DNA from: an uncultured Planctomycetales bacterium
Lineage (GTDB): Bacteria; Omnitrophota; Gorgyraeia; Zapsychrales; JANLHA01
Assembly (NCBI GenBank): GCA_964635405.1
Contig: CAZWOH010000001.1
Coordinates: forward strand, 8,589 to 57,863
DNA: 49,275 nt
Direction: 5' to 3'
The notes beneath the pieces were generated by a model. The model saw nothing but the letters and a program-made list of their open reading frames with translations. It was not told the origin of the DNA and ran no database searches. Position 1 is the first letter of the stretch. Each line of letters opens with the position of its first letter. The position numbers and the translations under genes are program-made. Shown here piece by piece: positions 1 to 8,657 of this stretch.

Positions 1-72
1 TGAATCGGGCGGTCTCGAAAACCGTTGTGGGCCCAAAGCTCATCCAGGGTTCGAATCCCTGTCTCTCCGCCA
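1..72 (+). tRNA. 3' portion of tRNA-Ser(CGA), truncated by the window start
   Basis: Anticodon stem gcggt/accgt (9-13/21-25) around loop ctCGAaa with U33 and A37. Long variable arm (26-44). T-arm caggg-ttcgaat-ccctg (45-61). Acceptor 3' strand tctctcc, discriminator g, encoded CCA at 70-72. Confidence 0.8.
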
Positions 73-1695
73 TTGTTGACGCTCAGGCGAACCCTGTTCT
101 ACACCGTTATCGGTGTGGGGCAGGGTTTCCTGTTTTTTGGGGTCAATTTGGCAGGAAACCTCGTCAAACGGCTCGCCAACGTACATCCGCATGATAATGT
201 GGTCATCATGGACGTCCATGGCCTTAATAAGGGCTTTCAGCAGGGTTATTTGGGCTTCTGCCGGGGCTTCGTCCAGATGAGCCATGGCAAACCGCAGGTT
301 TGAGTATAAGTATTCGCTGGAGTGGATCGACATGTCAGCGGCCCTGCGGCGTGCGACCGCTTTTGAGAGCTGATCTTCAGCCACCGTGATTTCCTTTTCG
401 TAAGCGGTCATTTTTTCAGAGTAGGTGACGCCTCTCGGGATCACTTTCTCAATGGCTAAGTTTAAGAGCTTGGCCGCCGCTTGTTTCGCCTTTTCGAGTT
501 TCTTTTGGAGGGTCTTGATTTCTTTATCGTAGATTTCCAGTTTGGTTGCATTATCCTTGATGGCTTTTCCCATCGCCTTCACGATTATTTCTTGGTCTGT
601 TGACGCTCGCCTAAAGAAGGCAATCACCGCTTCATCAAACGCCGTAGCGGATATCCGCTTGGTGTCACACCCGAGTTTTTGTCTTGCCCGGCTACACTCG
701 TAATAATAAAAAATGTTACCGTTATGGCTGTGAGCTATGGTGCAGACAAAACTACTCCCGCATTTCCCACACTTCAGTAATCCTTTCAAACGCTGGTTAT
801 AATCTTTCACTATTTTCTTGAATCTGTGCCCGGGCAAATTTGCCGTGATCACCCGGTTCGCCTTGTCCCAGAGTTCTTCATCAACTATCGCTTCGTGTGT
901 GCCTTTGTGCAGTTCTTTGCAGTAGGAAATCATGCCTTTGTAGAACGGATTCTTGAGAATTTTGGCGACCGTTTGTTTGCGCCAGACCATTTTCTTGGCT
1001 GTCGGCACTTCGCTTTGGATGAGACGGTGCCCAATTTCGCTTAGGGTCTTGTTATCAGCGGCCAGCTCAAAGATTCGGCGTATGTGCGGGGCTATGGTTT
1101 CATCGATCACGTTTTTATGAGGTTGTCTGCCGTTTGGAAGGGGCTCGCCGTCTTTGATTTGTTTGTAGCCAAACGGTGGTTTGCCCGCTACCCATTTGCC
1201 TTGTCTTGCCCGGGCGATCGCTGAGGCTTTGACACGTTCACCGGTCATTTCACGCTCGAAAGCGGAGAGCAGTCCGATGATGCCGATAACAACCCGGCCA
1301 ATGGCGGTTGAGCTGTCCAGATTTTCACGAACGGATAGGAAGTCGACCTCTTTGGCTTTGAAGATGTCAATCATGCCGTAAAGATCACGGGGGTTTCGGG
1401 TCAGACGGTCGAGCCGGAAAAAGATGATCCCATCGAATGATCGTGTTTTTTGGATATCTTTCAGGATCGCTTGAATGCCCGGACGGTTGAGATCCTTACC
1501 GGAGTATCCGTCGTCGTTGATGATGCCGTTCTCTCCGAAATTAGCCAGCTCGTAGCCAAAAGCCTCGAGCATGTTTTTGCAGTGGTGCGCTTGGGCGTCC
1601 AGTGTCGTGTAGTCGCCTTGCGCCTGATCGTCGGTTGAGCATCTGGTGTAAATTACGAATCGTTTTCGTTTTCTTTCTAGTGCTGGCGCTATCAT
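40..1695 (-). CDS. Large serine recombinase (phage integrase)
   Basis: 551 aa. N-terminal resolvase catalytic domain (VIYTRCSTDDQ). Recombinase domain. Zn-ribbon (CGKCGSSF...YYYECS...GCD). Long coiled coil. ggag SD before the ATG at 1695. The last 11 codons are antisense to the tRNA 3' end. Confidence 0.95.
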   Translation of the reverse strand: MIAPALERKRKRFVIYTRCSTDDQAQGDYTTLDAQAHHCKNMLEAFGYELANFGENGIINDDGYSGKDLNRPGIQAILKDIQKTRSFDGIIFFRLDRLTRNPRDLYGMIDIFKAKEVDFLSVRENLDSSTAIGRVVIGIIGLLSAFEREMTGERVKASAIARARQGKWVAGKPPFGYKQIKDGEPLPNGRQPHKNVIDETIAPHIRRIFELAADNKTLSEIGHRLIQSEVPTAKKMVWRKQTVAKILKNPFYKGMISYCKELHKGTHEAIVDEELWDKANRVITANLPGHRFKKIVKDYNQRLKGLLKCGKCGSSFVCTIAHSHNGNIFYYYECSRARQKLGCDTKRISATAFDEAVIAFFRRASTDQEIIVKAMGKAIKDNATKLEIYDKEIKTLQKKLEKAKQAAAKLLNLAIEKVIPRGVTYSEKMTAYEKEITVAEDQLSKAVARRRAADMSIHSSEYLYSNLRFAMAHLDEAPAEAQITLLKALIKAMDVHDDHIIMRMYVGEPFDEVSCQIDPKKQETLPHTDNGVEQGSPERQQWRRDRDSNPG

Positions 1696-1786
1696 TTTTC
1701 TCCTTTCCTTTACAACAACCCCTATAACAACCCCTCGGACAAGTCAAGCTATATCAAGCCCGCAAGAGTAAATACGGTCTTACTTA

Positions 1787-1817
1787 TACATTCCGGATTT
1801 TTGGGTATTTTGTCGGA
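1787..1817 (-). promoter_or_regulatory. Copy 3 of motif TCCGACA-N13-TCCGGAATGTA, pointing toward the integrase gene
   Basis: The plus strand reads tacattccgga-N13-tgtcgga, the exact reverse complement architecture of the two plus-strand copies. It lies about 90 nt upstream of the integrase ATG. Confidence 0.5.
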
Positions 1818-1822
1818 TTTTT

Positions 1823-1853
1823 TCCGACACTTTTTGAAGTTTTCCGGAATGTA
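1823..1853 (+). promoter_or_regulatory. Copy 1 of motif TCCGACA-N13-TCCGGAATGTA
   Basis: tccgaca (1823-1829), a 13-nt spacer, then tccggaatgta (1843-1853). It sits 20 nt upstream of the ATG at 1873 and back-to-back with copy 3. Confidence 0.5.
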
Positions 1854-1872
1854 CGCCCTGAGGTGATACCAA

Positions 1873-2097
1873 ATGGGCAAACCAATAGTCAGTCAATTTC
1901 AAAAACGTTTCGGCGATCGAATCACGGTTGTTTACCCGGACAAGCCCCGCAGTGTGGTTGAGGATCAAACACAGGGGGAAGTGCTGGCGAAGGCCGTCAC
2001 TCAGGTTATAGCCGGGATTTTAAAGCGTGCCCCCACGCAGGAGGAGTTGCTCGGATTGGTTGATATATCCGGGACGCACTCTCGTCGGAAATCCTAA
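1873..2097 (+). CDS. Hypothetical early phage protein (74 aa)
   Basis: ORF with SD gaggtga 6 nt upstream. It is preceded by the conserved motif and followed by a hairpin terminator. Confidence 0.5.
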   Translation: MGKPIVSQFQKRFGDRITVVYPDKPRSVVEDQTQGEVLAKAVTQVIAGILKRAPTQEELLGLVDISGTHSRRKS

Positions 2098-2120
2098 ATC
2101 ACGGAGCCCTCCGTGATTTT
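2097..2120 (+). terminator. Intrinsic terminator-like hairpin
   Basis: aaatcacggag-ccc-tccgtgatttt: perfect stem followed by a T run, directly after the stop of the 74-aa ORF. Confidence 0.5.
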
Positions 2121-2160
2121 GTTGAGGGGTTATTAAAGCTATCCTTTAGTTGGGCTCATT

Positions 2161-2196
2161 TGAGACACCGCAAAAAAAGAAAGCGGAGGTGTCTCA
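2161..2196 (+). promoter_or_regulatory. RNA hairpin overlapping the SD and start codon of the sigma factor gene
   Basis: tgagacacc (2161-2169) pairs perfectly with ggtgtctca (2188-2196). The 3' arm covers part of SD ggaggtg and the A of the ATG at 2196. Confidence 0.4.
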
Positions 2197-2777
2197 TGAT
2201 GAGTCCGAGGTACGAAGGTCTGTTTCAAGATTGGGAAATTGGGGTAGCGAAAAACGTAATTGAGAGGTTCAGGAAGCAGTGGAAATGTTTGGAGCTGGAA
2301 GGGTTTGATGATCTTCTTCAGGAGTGCCTTACCGATTGGCACTTCTCGAAAGATGACTTTAACCCTTCGGCTGGGGCAAATGTGCGGACGTTTATGTCCC
2401 GGGTTGTGGCGCATAAACTTCAGCACCTTATCGAAAAGCATACAGCGGGAAAACGTAAAGCAGGGATTAATAACGTCTCGCTAAACGAGCCGATTTCTGA
2501 TGAAGAAGGCTCGCCTACCTATTTAGATCAGCTTTCAGAAGACGAGAATCACGTCTCGGATCTGCATATCACCGCATTACTCAAGATCGACATCCATCGG
2601 GCTATTGAGAAGTTAACCCCACAGCAGAGGGAGTTGTGTCGCCTTTTGGGTGAGGAGGGGTTGAGCGTATCGGAAGCCAGTGAGTTGCTTAATACGCCCC
2701 GAAGCACTCTCTATGACGACATTAAGCGCATCAAAGCCATATTCCAGCAGGAAAACCTTCATGAGTATCTCGATTAA
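2196..2777 (+). CDS. Sigma-70 family (ECF-like) RNA polymerase sigma factor, phage-encoded
   Basis: Region 4 HTH LTPQQRELCRLLGEEGLSVSEASELLNTPRSTLYDDIKRIK. Region 2-like DLLQECLTDW...RTFMSRVVAHKL. The start is moved to the ATG at 2196, behind SD ggaggtg. Confidence 0.8.
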   Translation: MMSPRYEGLFQDWEIGVAKNVIERFRKQWKCLELEGFDDLLQECLTDWHFSKDDFNPSAGANVRTFMSRVVAHKLQHLIEKHTAGKRKAGINNVSLNEPISDEEGSPTYLDQLSEDENHVSDLHITALLKIDIHRAIEKLTPQQRELCRLLGEEGLSVSEASELLNTPRSTLYDDIKRIKAIFQQENLHEYLD

Positions 2778-2784
2778 AAAAAGT

Positions 2785-2815
2785 TCCGACACTTTTCGAG
2801 GTTTTCCGGAATGTA
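2785..2815 (+). promoter_or_regulatory. Copy 2 of motif TCCGACA-N13-TCCGGAATGTA
   Basis: tccgaca (2785-2791), a 13-nt spacer, then tccggaatgta (2805-2815). It sits 20 nt upstream of the ATG at 2835. Confidence 0.5.
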
Positions 2816-2834
2816 CGCCTTGGAGGAAAAAACG

Positions 2835-3125
2835 ATGCAGGTTTGTAGGTTCAAATTCAACAGAAGTTTAAGCCGTGAGCAGATCGAGGAAAAGATCGCC
2901 TTCGCTGTCGTGGCGGCTGAATGCACGTTTGGGCAGGCGAAGGTCAGGCTCAATGCGGCGTATCTTGCGGCGGACAACAAGGTCGTTATCGATGTTTCCA
3001 GCCCGGTGGGCGAGCACATAGCTGAGGTGTTCACCGGGCTTCTTATTAAGGATTACGGCGAGCAGTCATTCACCGTGGAAAGGGTGCGCAATGAAGGTAG
3101 TTCGGGGACTAAAGGAAATTTATAA
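2835..3125 (+). CDS. Hypothetical early phage protein (96 aa)
   Basis: The track ORF starts at 2811, but that ATG lies inside the conserved motif. The ATG at 2835 has SD ggagg 9 nt upstream. Confidence 0.6.
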   Translation: MQVCRFKFNRSLSREQIEEKIAFAVVAAECTFGQAKVRLNAAYLAADNKVVIDVSSPVGEHIAEVFTGLLIKDYGEQSFTVERVRNEGSSGTKGNL

Positions 3126-3191
3126 GCGCTTGAGTTGGTACAACCGGATGCGTTTACGGGAAGCCAACTGCAAGGAGTTAAGGAGAAAGTC

Positions 3192-4616
3192 GTGAGTCTT
3201 TACAGGCACCAAAAAGAGGCTGTTGAGTTCGCTATCCGCAATCATGGATGCGGTGCGTTCTTCCACGATCCCGGGTTAGGTAAGACTCGCACGGGCCTTG
3301 AGGTGTTCCGGTATTACAGAGGAAAACACCCCAGCCTCAGGTTATTGGTTGTTTGTCCGCTTTCCTTGGTCAATTCGGCGTGGGGCGAGGATATCAAGAA
3401 ATTTACCGACTTCACCTACGCTCCGTTCAAGGAGATCAAGGGCGAGGTGCCGGATATTGTGGTCATCAACTACGAGTGCCTTATCTCGAAAAAGAATTTA
3501 CCGCTTGTCGAGTCGCTTATTTGGAAGCATCGGTTCATGTGTATCCTCGATGAGAGTTCCCGCCTAAAAAATAATAAGAGCGTCACCACAAAGACGCTTC
3601 TTGAGTTAACCGGTTGTTTTCCTTATCGGCTGATCGCTTCCGGGACCCCGATGCCGAACAGCGAGTTTGAGCTTTGGGGACAGATGAATTTCGTTCAGCC
3701 GGAGTTGCTTCACAAATCGTTCTACGCATTCCGCAATACATATTTCCATTTGGAACGCAATGGCATCATGCGACAGGGAAGCCGGTATATGAGTAAAGAC
3801 GAGATTCGGGAGATCTTCAGTCAAGGCTGGAAGTACGCCATCACGAACGAGAACAGGGAACTGTTGATGAGCGAGATTAAGCCATTCACGCACTGGGTCA
3901 AGAAAGAGGAAGCGTTGGATCTTCCCGAGAAGATTGATGAGACCAGAGAGGTTACGCTCTCGACGCAGGAGCGCAAGGCTTATAAGGAGATGGAGGATTT
4001 GCTTATCACCGAGATTGAGGGTGTTGAGGTGACAGCGCAGATCGCTCTCACGAAACTCATGAAATTGCGGCAGGTGACAGCCGGGTTTTTATATTCAGCT
4101 ACCGGGGCGGCGCTTCAAATCGGGGCTTCCTCAAAAATTAAAGAGCTTGAGGAGGTACTCGAGGAGTTGGGTAATCAGCCGGTGATCATTTGGGTTCAGT
4201 TTCATCATGAGGTTCACGCCATCGAGAAACTTATCAGCGATAAGTACGGGGTGAATCAGGTCACGACGCTTTATTCCGACACGCCCGACAGGGACGAGTC
4301 GATCAACAAATTCAAAAACAACGAGGTGCGGTATCTCATAGCGCATCCCCGCTCAGCGGCGCACGGGCTTACGTTCGTGAACTGTTCAGCGATGGTGTTT
4401 TTCAGCCTCGATTATTCGTATGAGGCGCACGCTCAGGCGAGGGATCGCATTCACAGGATCGGGCAGAACAAGAGTTGTTTGTACGTTTACTTGGTGGCGA
4501 AGGATTCGATTGATGAGGAGCTTTTGAAAGTTTTGCAACGCAAACAGTCATTACAGGACGTGGTCTATGGAATTGTCAGAAAAAAGGCTAAAGGAAAAAG
4601 TCCTCGCAATGCTTAG
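3192..4616 (+). CDS. SNF2-family DNA helicase/translocase
   Basis: Motif I DPGLGKT, motif II ILDESSRLKN, motif VI QARDRIHRIGQ. The likely start is GTG at 3192 behind aggag. The track ORF opens at 3135. Confidence 0.9.
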   Translation: MSLYRHQKEAVEFAIRNHGCGAFFHDPGLGKTRTGLEVFRYYRGKHPSLRLLVVCPLSLVNSAWGEDIKKFTDFTYAPFKEIKGEVPDIVVINYECLISKKNLPLVESLIWKHRFMCILDESSRLKNNKSVTTKTLLELTGCFPYRLIASGTPMPNSEFELWGQMNFVQPELLHKSFYAFRNTYFHLERNGIMRQGSRYMSKDEIREIFSQGWKYAITNENRELLMSEIKPFTHWVKKEEALDLPEKIDETREVTLSTQERKAYKEMEDLLITEIEGVEVTAQIALTKLMKLRQVTAGFLYSATGAALQIGASSKIKELEEVLEELGNQPVIIWVQFHHEVHAIEKLISDKYGVNQVTTLYSDTPDRDESINKFKNNEVRYLIAHPRSAAHGLTFVNCSAMVFFSLDYSYEAHAQARDRIHRIGQNKSCLYVYLVAKDSIDEELLKVLQRKQSLQDVVYGIVRKKAKGKSPRNA

Positions 4617-4866
4617 GAGGGAGTTTGGCGATGCTTGGGTTTACAAAACATCGGACAGATGGAAGGCGGGAATCCCGGACGTGCTTATCTGCAGAAAAGG
4701 ACGCTTTTTTGCGGCCGAGCTTAAGGTCGGGAATAACAAGGCTACGAGAATACAGCTTTACGTTCTTGAACAGATTAAACGTGCCGGTGGGCGTGTTGCT
4801 GTGTGTCGTAGCGTGGATCAGGTCAGGAATCTACTTACTAACGAAGGAGGTGATTTAAATGGTTAA
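4567..4866 (+). CDS. VRR-NUC domain nuclease
   Basis: GIPDVLICRKGRFFAAELKVGNNKATRIQLYVLEQIKRAGG matches the VRR-NUC PD-(D/E)xK core. Pairing with an SNF2 helicase is typical in phages. Confidence 0.85.
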   Translation: MELSEKRLKEKVLAMLRREFGDAWVYKTSDRWKAGIPDVLICRKGRFFAAELKVGNNKATRIQLYVLEQIKRAGGRVAVCRSVDQVRNLLTNEGGDLNG

Positions 4867-5038
4867 GGTCGGAGAAAAACTTCTCATCGCCGTCAAGGTT
4901 ATCAGCATCACTGAGACTGAAAGCGGAATTTTTTACAAGGTCGCTCCGCTGGATAAGGAGCGGCATTACGACACGATGAATATTTACGACAAGGATATTC
5001 AGTCGTGCATGACGCAGGAAATAAAGGGAGGTAAATAA
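4859..5038 (+). CDS. Small hypothetical protein (59 aa, below the track cutoff)
   Basis: Hand-translated ORF MVKVGEKLLIAVKV...QEIKGGK. It fills an otherwise empty gap. Its stop overlaps the next ATG (TAATG), and SD aggagg lies upstream. Confidence 0.4.
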   Translation: MVKVGEKLLIAVKVISITETESGIFYKVAPLDKERHYDTMNIYDKDIQSCMTQEIKGGK

Positions 5039-5442
5039 TGCCGGAGAAAGACACGGAAAGAGAGTTGCTGTATCGGTTCAAATGCGCACGAGAACGCCGA
5101 GAAGAAATGAAGGCGGCGTTGGACGAGTCGCAGGAGGAATACGAGAAAGCGGAATCACGGCTCATTGAGTTTTTGGAAGCGAATGGGGCGGTGTCCACAG
5201 CGAAGTATGAGGGCATGGGATACGCTCAGATTCAGAAACCGAAACTTTATGCGAGCTGTCGGCAGGAGAACATGGACAGGCTTTTTGATTTCCTTAAAGA
5301 GCAGAAGCGTGAGGATCTTATCAAGACAACTGTCATGCCGCAGACCCTTTCGAGTTTCACGAAAGAGTGCATAGAGGGAGGGGTCGAGGTTCCGGAGTTC
5401 ATCAGTTATTACTTAAAACCAACAATCAGGCTTTACGCCTGA
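5038..5442 (+). CDS. Hypothetical replication-module protein with an N-terminal coiled coil
   Basis: 134-aa ORF, translationally coupled to the upstream ORF. SD gggagg. Confidence 0.7.
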   Translation: MPEKDTERELLYRFKCARERREEMKAALDESQEEYEKAESRLIEFLEANGAVSTAKYEGMGYAQIQKPKLYASCRQENMDRLFDFLKEQKREDLIKTTVMPQTLSSFTKECIEGGVEVPEFISYYLKPTIRLYA

Positions 5443-5461
5443 AAAACGAAGGAGGCATGAC

Positions 5462-6181
5462 ATGAGTCAGGAAATCGTAAAGACGCAAGAAGGTTCTCTA
5501 ATGCAGGCGGATAAAGAACAGAGAGGTTTTGAATCCGGAGTTGATCAGCAAGACTTGATCATCCCGAGAGCAAAGCTCATTCAGGCGTTATCGCCTGAGA
5601 TGCAGGACGGATTGCCCGGCATAAAGATCGGGGCAATCATAAACTCACTCACGAAGGAGTCGTTACCGGAGGAGTTTATCCCGATATTCTCCTTCAAGAA
5701 TTACATTCGTTTTAACCCGAGAAGCAAGGACGATCCGAATTTCGACTCGGACTTTGAGCCGGGAGCGATTATCTGGCGCTCAGCGGACCCGAGCGACCCG
5801 CAGGTTCAGGCGCAGACGAAGTTCGGGCCTAACGGCGAGAAACCGGTGGCAACTACGTTCCTTAACTTCTTCTCGTTCTTCCCGGGCGTTCCCATGCCGG
5901 TGATCGTCAGCTTCGCAAAGACGAGCTATCGCACGGGCAAACAGTTGTTGTCGCTTGGCAAGTTCCGGGGCGGGGATATGTTTTCCCGCAAGTACCGTTT
6001 AACTTCGCAGATGGAGTCAAACGATATCGGGACGTACGCTGTTTTAAGGGTTGCGCCTGTGGGTGACGCCGCACCGGAGGATTTCGCCGTGTGCGAGCGG
6101 TTGTGGAAAGACTTCGCCGCTAAAGCGAAGGATATTCAGGTTCACGTTGAGGATACCACGGAGGAAGAAAGACCATATTAA
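5462..6181 (+). CDS. Hypothetical replication-module protein (239 aa)
   Basis: Strong SD aaggagg. No motif that I recognise. Confidence 0.7.
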   Translation: MSQEIVKTQEGSLMQADKEQRGFESGVDQQDLIIPRAKLIQALSPEMQDGLPGIKIGAIINSLTKESLPEEFIPIFSFKNYIRFNPRSKDDPNFDSDFEPGAIIWRSADPSDPQVQAQTKFGPNGEKPVATTFLNFFSFFPGVPMPVIVSFAKTSYRTGKQLLSLGKFRGGDMFSRKYRLTSQMESNDIGTYAVLRVAPVGDAAPEDFAVCERLWKDFAAKAKDIQVHVEDTTEEERPY

Positions 6182-6237
6182 AGAGGATAAGGGGTGGGGA
6201 CATTTTGTCCTCACCCCTGTTTTTATAGGAGTGTTTT

Positions 6238-8439
6238 ATGACAATACCGGAGCAGTTACGTGATAACCGGTATGGTTTCCTCAAACTCCGTGGTCAAACG
6301 AAAATACCGCTTGAGACAGGATGGCAGAAGAAACCGTACCGTTTTACAGATATCGAGACGTGGTTTAATACCGGCAATAATTACGGCGTGATGGGCGGTG
6401 AGGGCGAGCTGATCGTTCTTGACGCTGATCAGAAATGCATTAGCGAGATCGCCGAGTCGGATTTACCCAAGACGTTCACGGTTAAGACGCCGAAGTGCGG
6501 GCATCATTATTATTTTTTATGTGCCGAGATCACACGCAAGATCGTCCTCAATAAGGACAAGGATCATTTCGGCGAGATTATATCGAATGGCGCTCAGGTT
6601 GTCGGGTGCGGATCGATTCATCCGGACACAAAAACGCCGTATGAGCTTCTTCGTGATTTGGGAATAACACGCATCAGCCGTGAGGAAATATTAGCCCCGC
6701 TCGCAGAGTTTTTGGTTGATGACAAGCAGTTGTATGACGGCATTAAGCCGGAAGATTTGGACATTATGTCCGTTCTGCAAAAGAACGGAATTGAGTTAAA
6801 GAAATTATCCGGCCAGTACGCCTGCGCTCATCCCATTCATGGATCAAAGACTGGGATGAATCTTGTTGTGCATCCGCAGAAGAACGTCTGGAAATGTTTC
6901 CGCTGTAATTCAGGCGGAGGAACGCTTCTTCTTATCGCTGTGCTTGAGGGGATTATCGACTGCCAAGAAGCAAAGCCCGGGGCGTTAAGAGGCGAGCTGT
7001 TTAAGCGTGCCGTTAAAGTAGCGGAGGAAAAATACGGTTTTAAGGTCAAGCGGCAGGATCATTCAAGCGTTCCGGCTGGCTTGTGGAACGATGAGTGGAA
7101 TTCCAAGCGGCTTGTTGAGCGGCATGCCGGGCTTATCAGGAATTGCGATAATCTTGGCGGCTGGCACGTTTGGGACGGCAGGGCGTGGAAGCTCGATGAG
7201 ATTCACGTTATCACGGCATTGGCTCGGGACACCGTTAGAGCTTTTCATGATTACTTTCAGCAGATGGATGAGGAGGAGCAGAAGTATTTTATCAAGCACA
7301 TGCGCATTTCAGGCAACGAGGCGAAACTCAGGGCTATGGCGAACGTGGCTCGAAGCTGGCCGGGGATGTCGGTGCGCTCAGATGATTTCGACGCTGATCC
7401 GTATTTATTAAATTGTCAGAACGGCGTGCTTGATTTGCGCACGGGCAAGATGTCGGCGCACAGCCCGGATTTTCTTCTCACGAAGATATGTAACACGCAT
7501 TTCGACTCTAAGGCGCAATGCCCGGAGTGGATGAAGTTTCTCGATACTATCTTTAAAAGCGATAAAGAGTTAATCGATTTTATTCAGAAGGCTGTTGGGT
7601 ACGGGCTTACTGGCGATGTGTCGCAACAGGTGTTTTTTATCCTTCATGGCGACGGTGCGAATGGTAAGTCAACTTTCGTTGAGACGTTCTATAAGATTCT
7701 CGGCAGTTACGCCGCAATAACGCCCACATCGACATTGATCGCTAAGCGGGGCAACGAGATCCCGAACGATGTGGCGAGGCTTAAGGGCGCAAGGTTCATC
7801 ATCTCATCGGAGCTTGAACGCTCAAAGACCCTTGATGAGGCGTTAGTCAAACGCTTCACGAGCGAGGAGCCTATATCAGCACGATTTTTAAGACAGGAGT
7901 TTTTCGAGTTTAAACCTACCGGCAAGATTTACCTTTCCACGAATTATAAACCCACGATCAAGGGGACGGATGACGGAATATGGCGCCGTATCCGGCTTAT
8001 TCCGTTTGAGCATAAATTTGAGGGTGCGAACAAGATTGAGAAGTTCGCAGAGAAGTTTTTGTATCCGGAACTGCCCGGAATATTGCGCTGGGCTGTTGAG
8101 GGTTTCTTAAAGATGCAGAAGGAAGGCATGAAGCCGCCGCAAATCGTGCAGTGCGCAACACAGGATTATAAATCAGATGAGGACGCTATTGGGGCGTTCT
8201 TGGATGAGCTTTGTGAGTTTGGGGAGATGGAAGTAGTCGGCGTTTCCGAGCTCTATGATTCGTTTAAGGAAAACTCGGATGCTTTCATGCGTAAGAAGGA
8301 CTTTAACGATTACATGGAGAAGCATGGGTATCAGAAGCAAAGAGGCACAGTGGGGCGGCTTAAAGGCAGGTATTACTGGCAGGGGCTCAAGCTCAGGGAG
8401 ATTCCCAAGGGGGAGGATTTCGATGATCGGCCATATTGA
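6238..8439 (+). CDS. Bifunctional primase-polymerase / D5-P4 type helicase
   Basis: N-terminal prim-pol-like region (LIVLDAD). Zn-binding CAHPIHG...WKCFRCNSGG. C-terminal P4/D5 NTPase with Walker A GDGANGKST and Walker B FIISSE. Confidence 0.9.
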   Translation: MTIPEQLRDNRYGFLKLRGQTKIPLETGWQKKPYRFTDIETWFNTGNNYGVMGGEGELIVLDADQKCISEIAESDLPKTFTVKTPKCGHHYYFLCAEITRKIVLNKDKDHFGEIISNGAQVVGCGSIHPDTKTPYELLRDLGITRISREEILAPLAEFLVDDKQLYDGIKPEDLDIMSVLQKNGIELKKLSGQYACAHPIHGSKTGMNLVVHPQKNVWKCFRCNSGGGTLLLIAVLEGIIDCQEAKPGALRGELFKRAVKVAEEKYGFKVKRQDHSSVPAGLWNDEWNSKRLVERHAGLIRNCDNLGGWHVWDGRAWKLDEIHVITALARDTVRAFHDYFQQMDEEEQKYFIKHMRISGNEAKLRAMANVARSWPGMSVRSDDFDADPYLLNCQNGVLDLRTGKMSAHSPDFLLTKICNTHFDSKAQCPEWMKFLDTIFKSDKELIDFIQKAVGYGLTGDVSQQVFFILHGDGANGKSTFVETFYKILGSYAAITPTSTLIAKRGNEIPNDVARLKGARFIISSELERSKTLDEALVKRFTSEEPISARFLRQEFFEFKPTGKIYLSTNYKPTIKGTDDGIWRRIRLIPFEHKFEGANKIEKFAEKFLYPELPGILRWAVEGFLKMQKEGMKPPQIVQCATQDYKSDEDAIGAFLDELCEFGEMEVVGVSELYDSFKENSDAFMRKKDFNDYMEKHGYQKQRGTVGRLKGRYYWQGLKLREIPKGEDFDDRPY

Positions 8440-8450
8440 GTTTATGCCTC

Positions 8451-8654
8451 AAAAACTCCACCGCTATAAGTCGTTAATTGACAATAAGTTGTGGCGAGTG
8501 GTGGAGAAAGTGGAGTTTTTTATCTATAACTCGTGTGTGAGAAAAATTTTGGTTTTTATATATATGTACAGGAGAAATGCAAAATCTCTCCACTTACTCC
8601 ACCGGGTTTACGTAAGTGGTTGATTTATAAGGGGAAAACTACGGTGGAGTTTTT
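8451..8654. repeat. Iteron-like GGTGGAG/CTCCACC cluster with an AT-rich core. Candidate phage origin or operator region.
   Basis: Six copies of the GTGGAG core, three per strand: ctccac at 8456-8461, 8588-8593 and 8598-8603; gtggag at 8501-8506, 8510-8515 and 8644-8649. Four of these carry the extended GGTGGAG/CTCCACC form. aaaaactccaccg (8451-8463) is the exact reverse complement of cggtggagttttt (8642-8654). An AT-rich tract tttttatatatatgtac sits between. Confidence 0.45.
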
Positions 8655-8657
8655 TGT

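Noticed and set aside
1780-1968. 62-aa minus-strand ORF across the divergent control region.
   Set aside because: It overlaps the motif copies and the better-supported plus-strand 74-aa ORF, and has no SD.
2811-2834. Track start codon of the 2811-3125 ORF.
   Set aside because: The ATG at 2811 lies inside the conserved TCCGGAATGTA element, which is also present upstream of the 1873 gene. The ATG at 2835 has a proper SD, so the start was moved.
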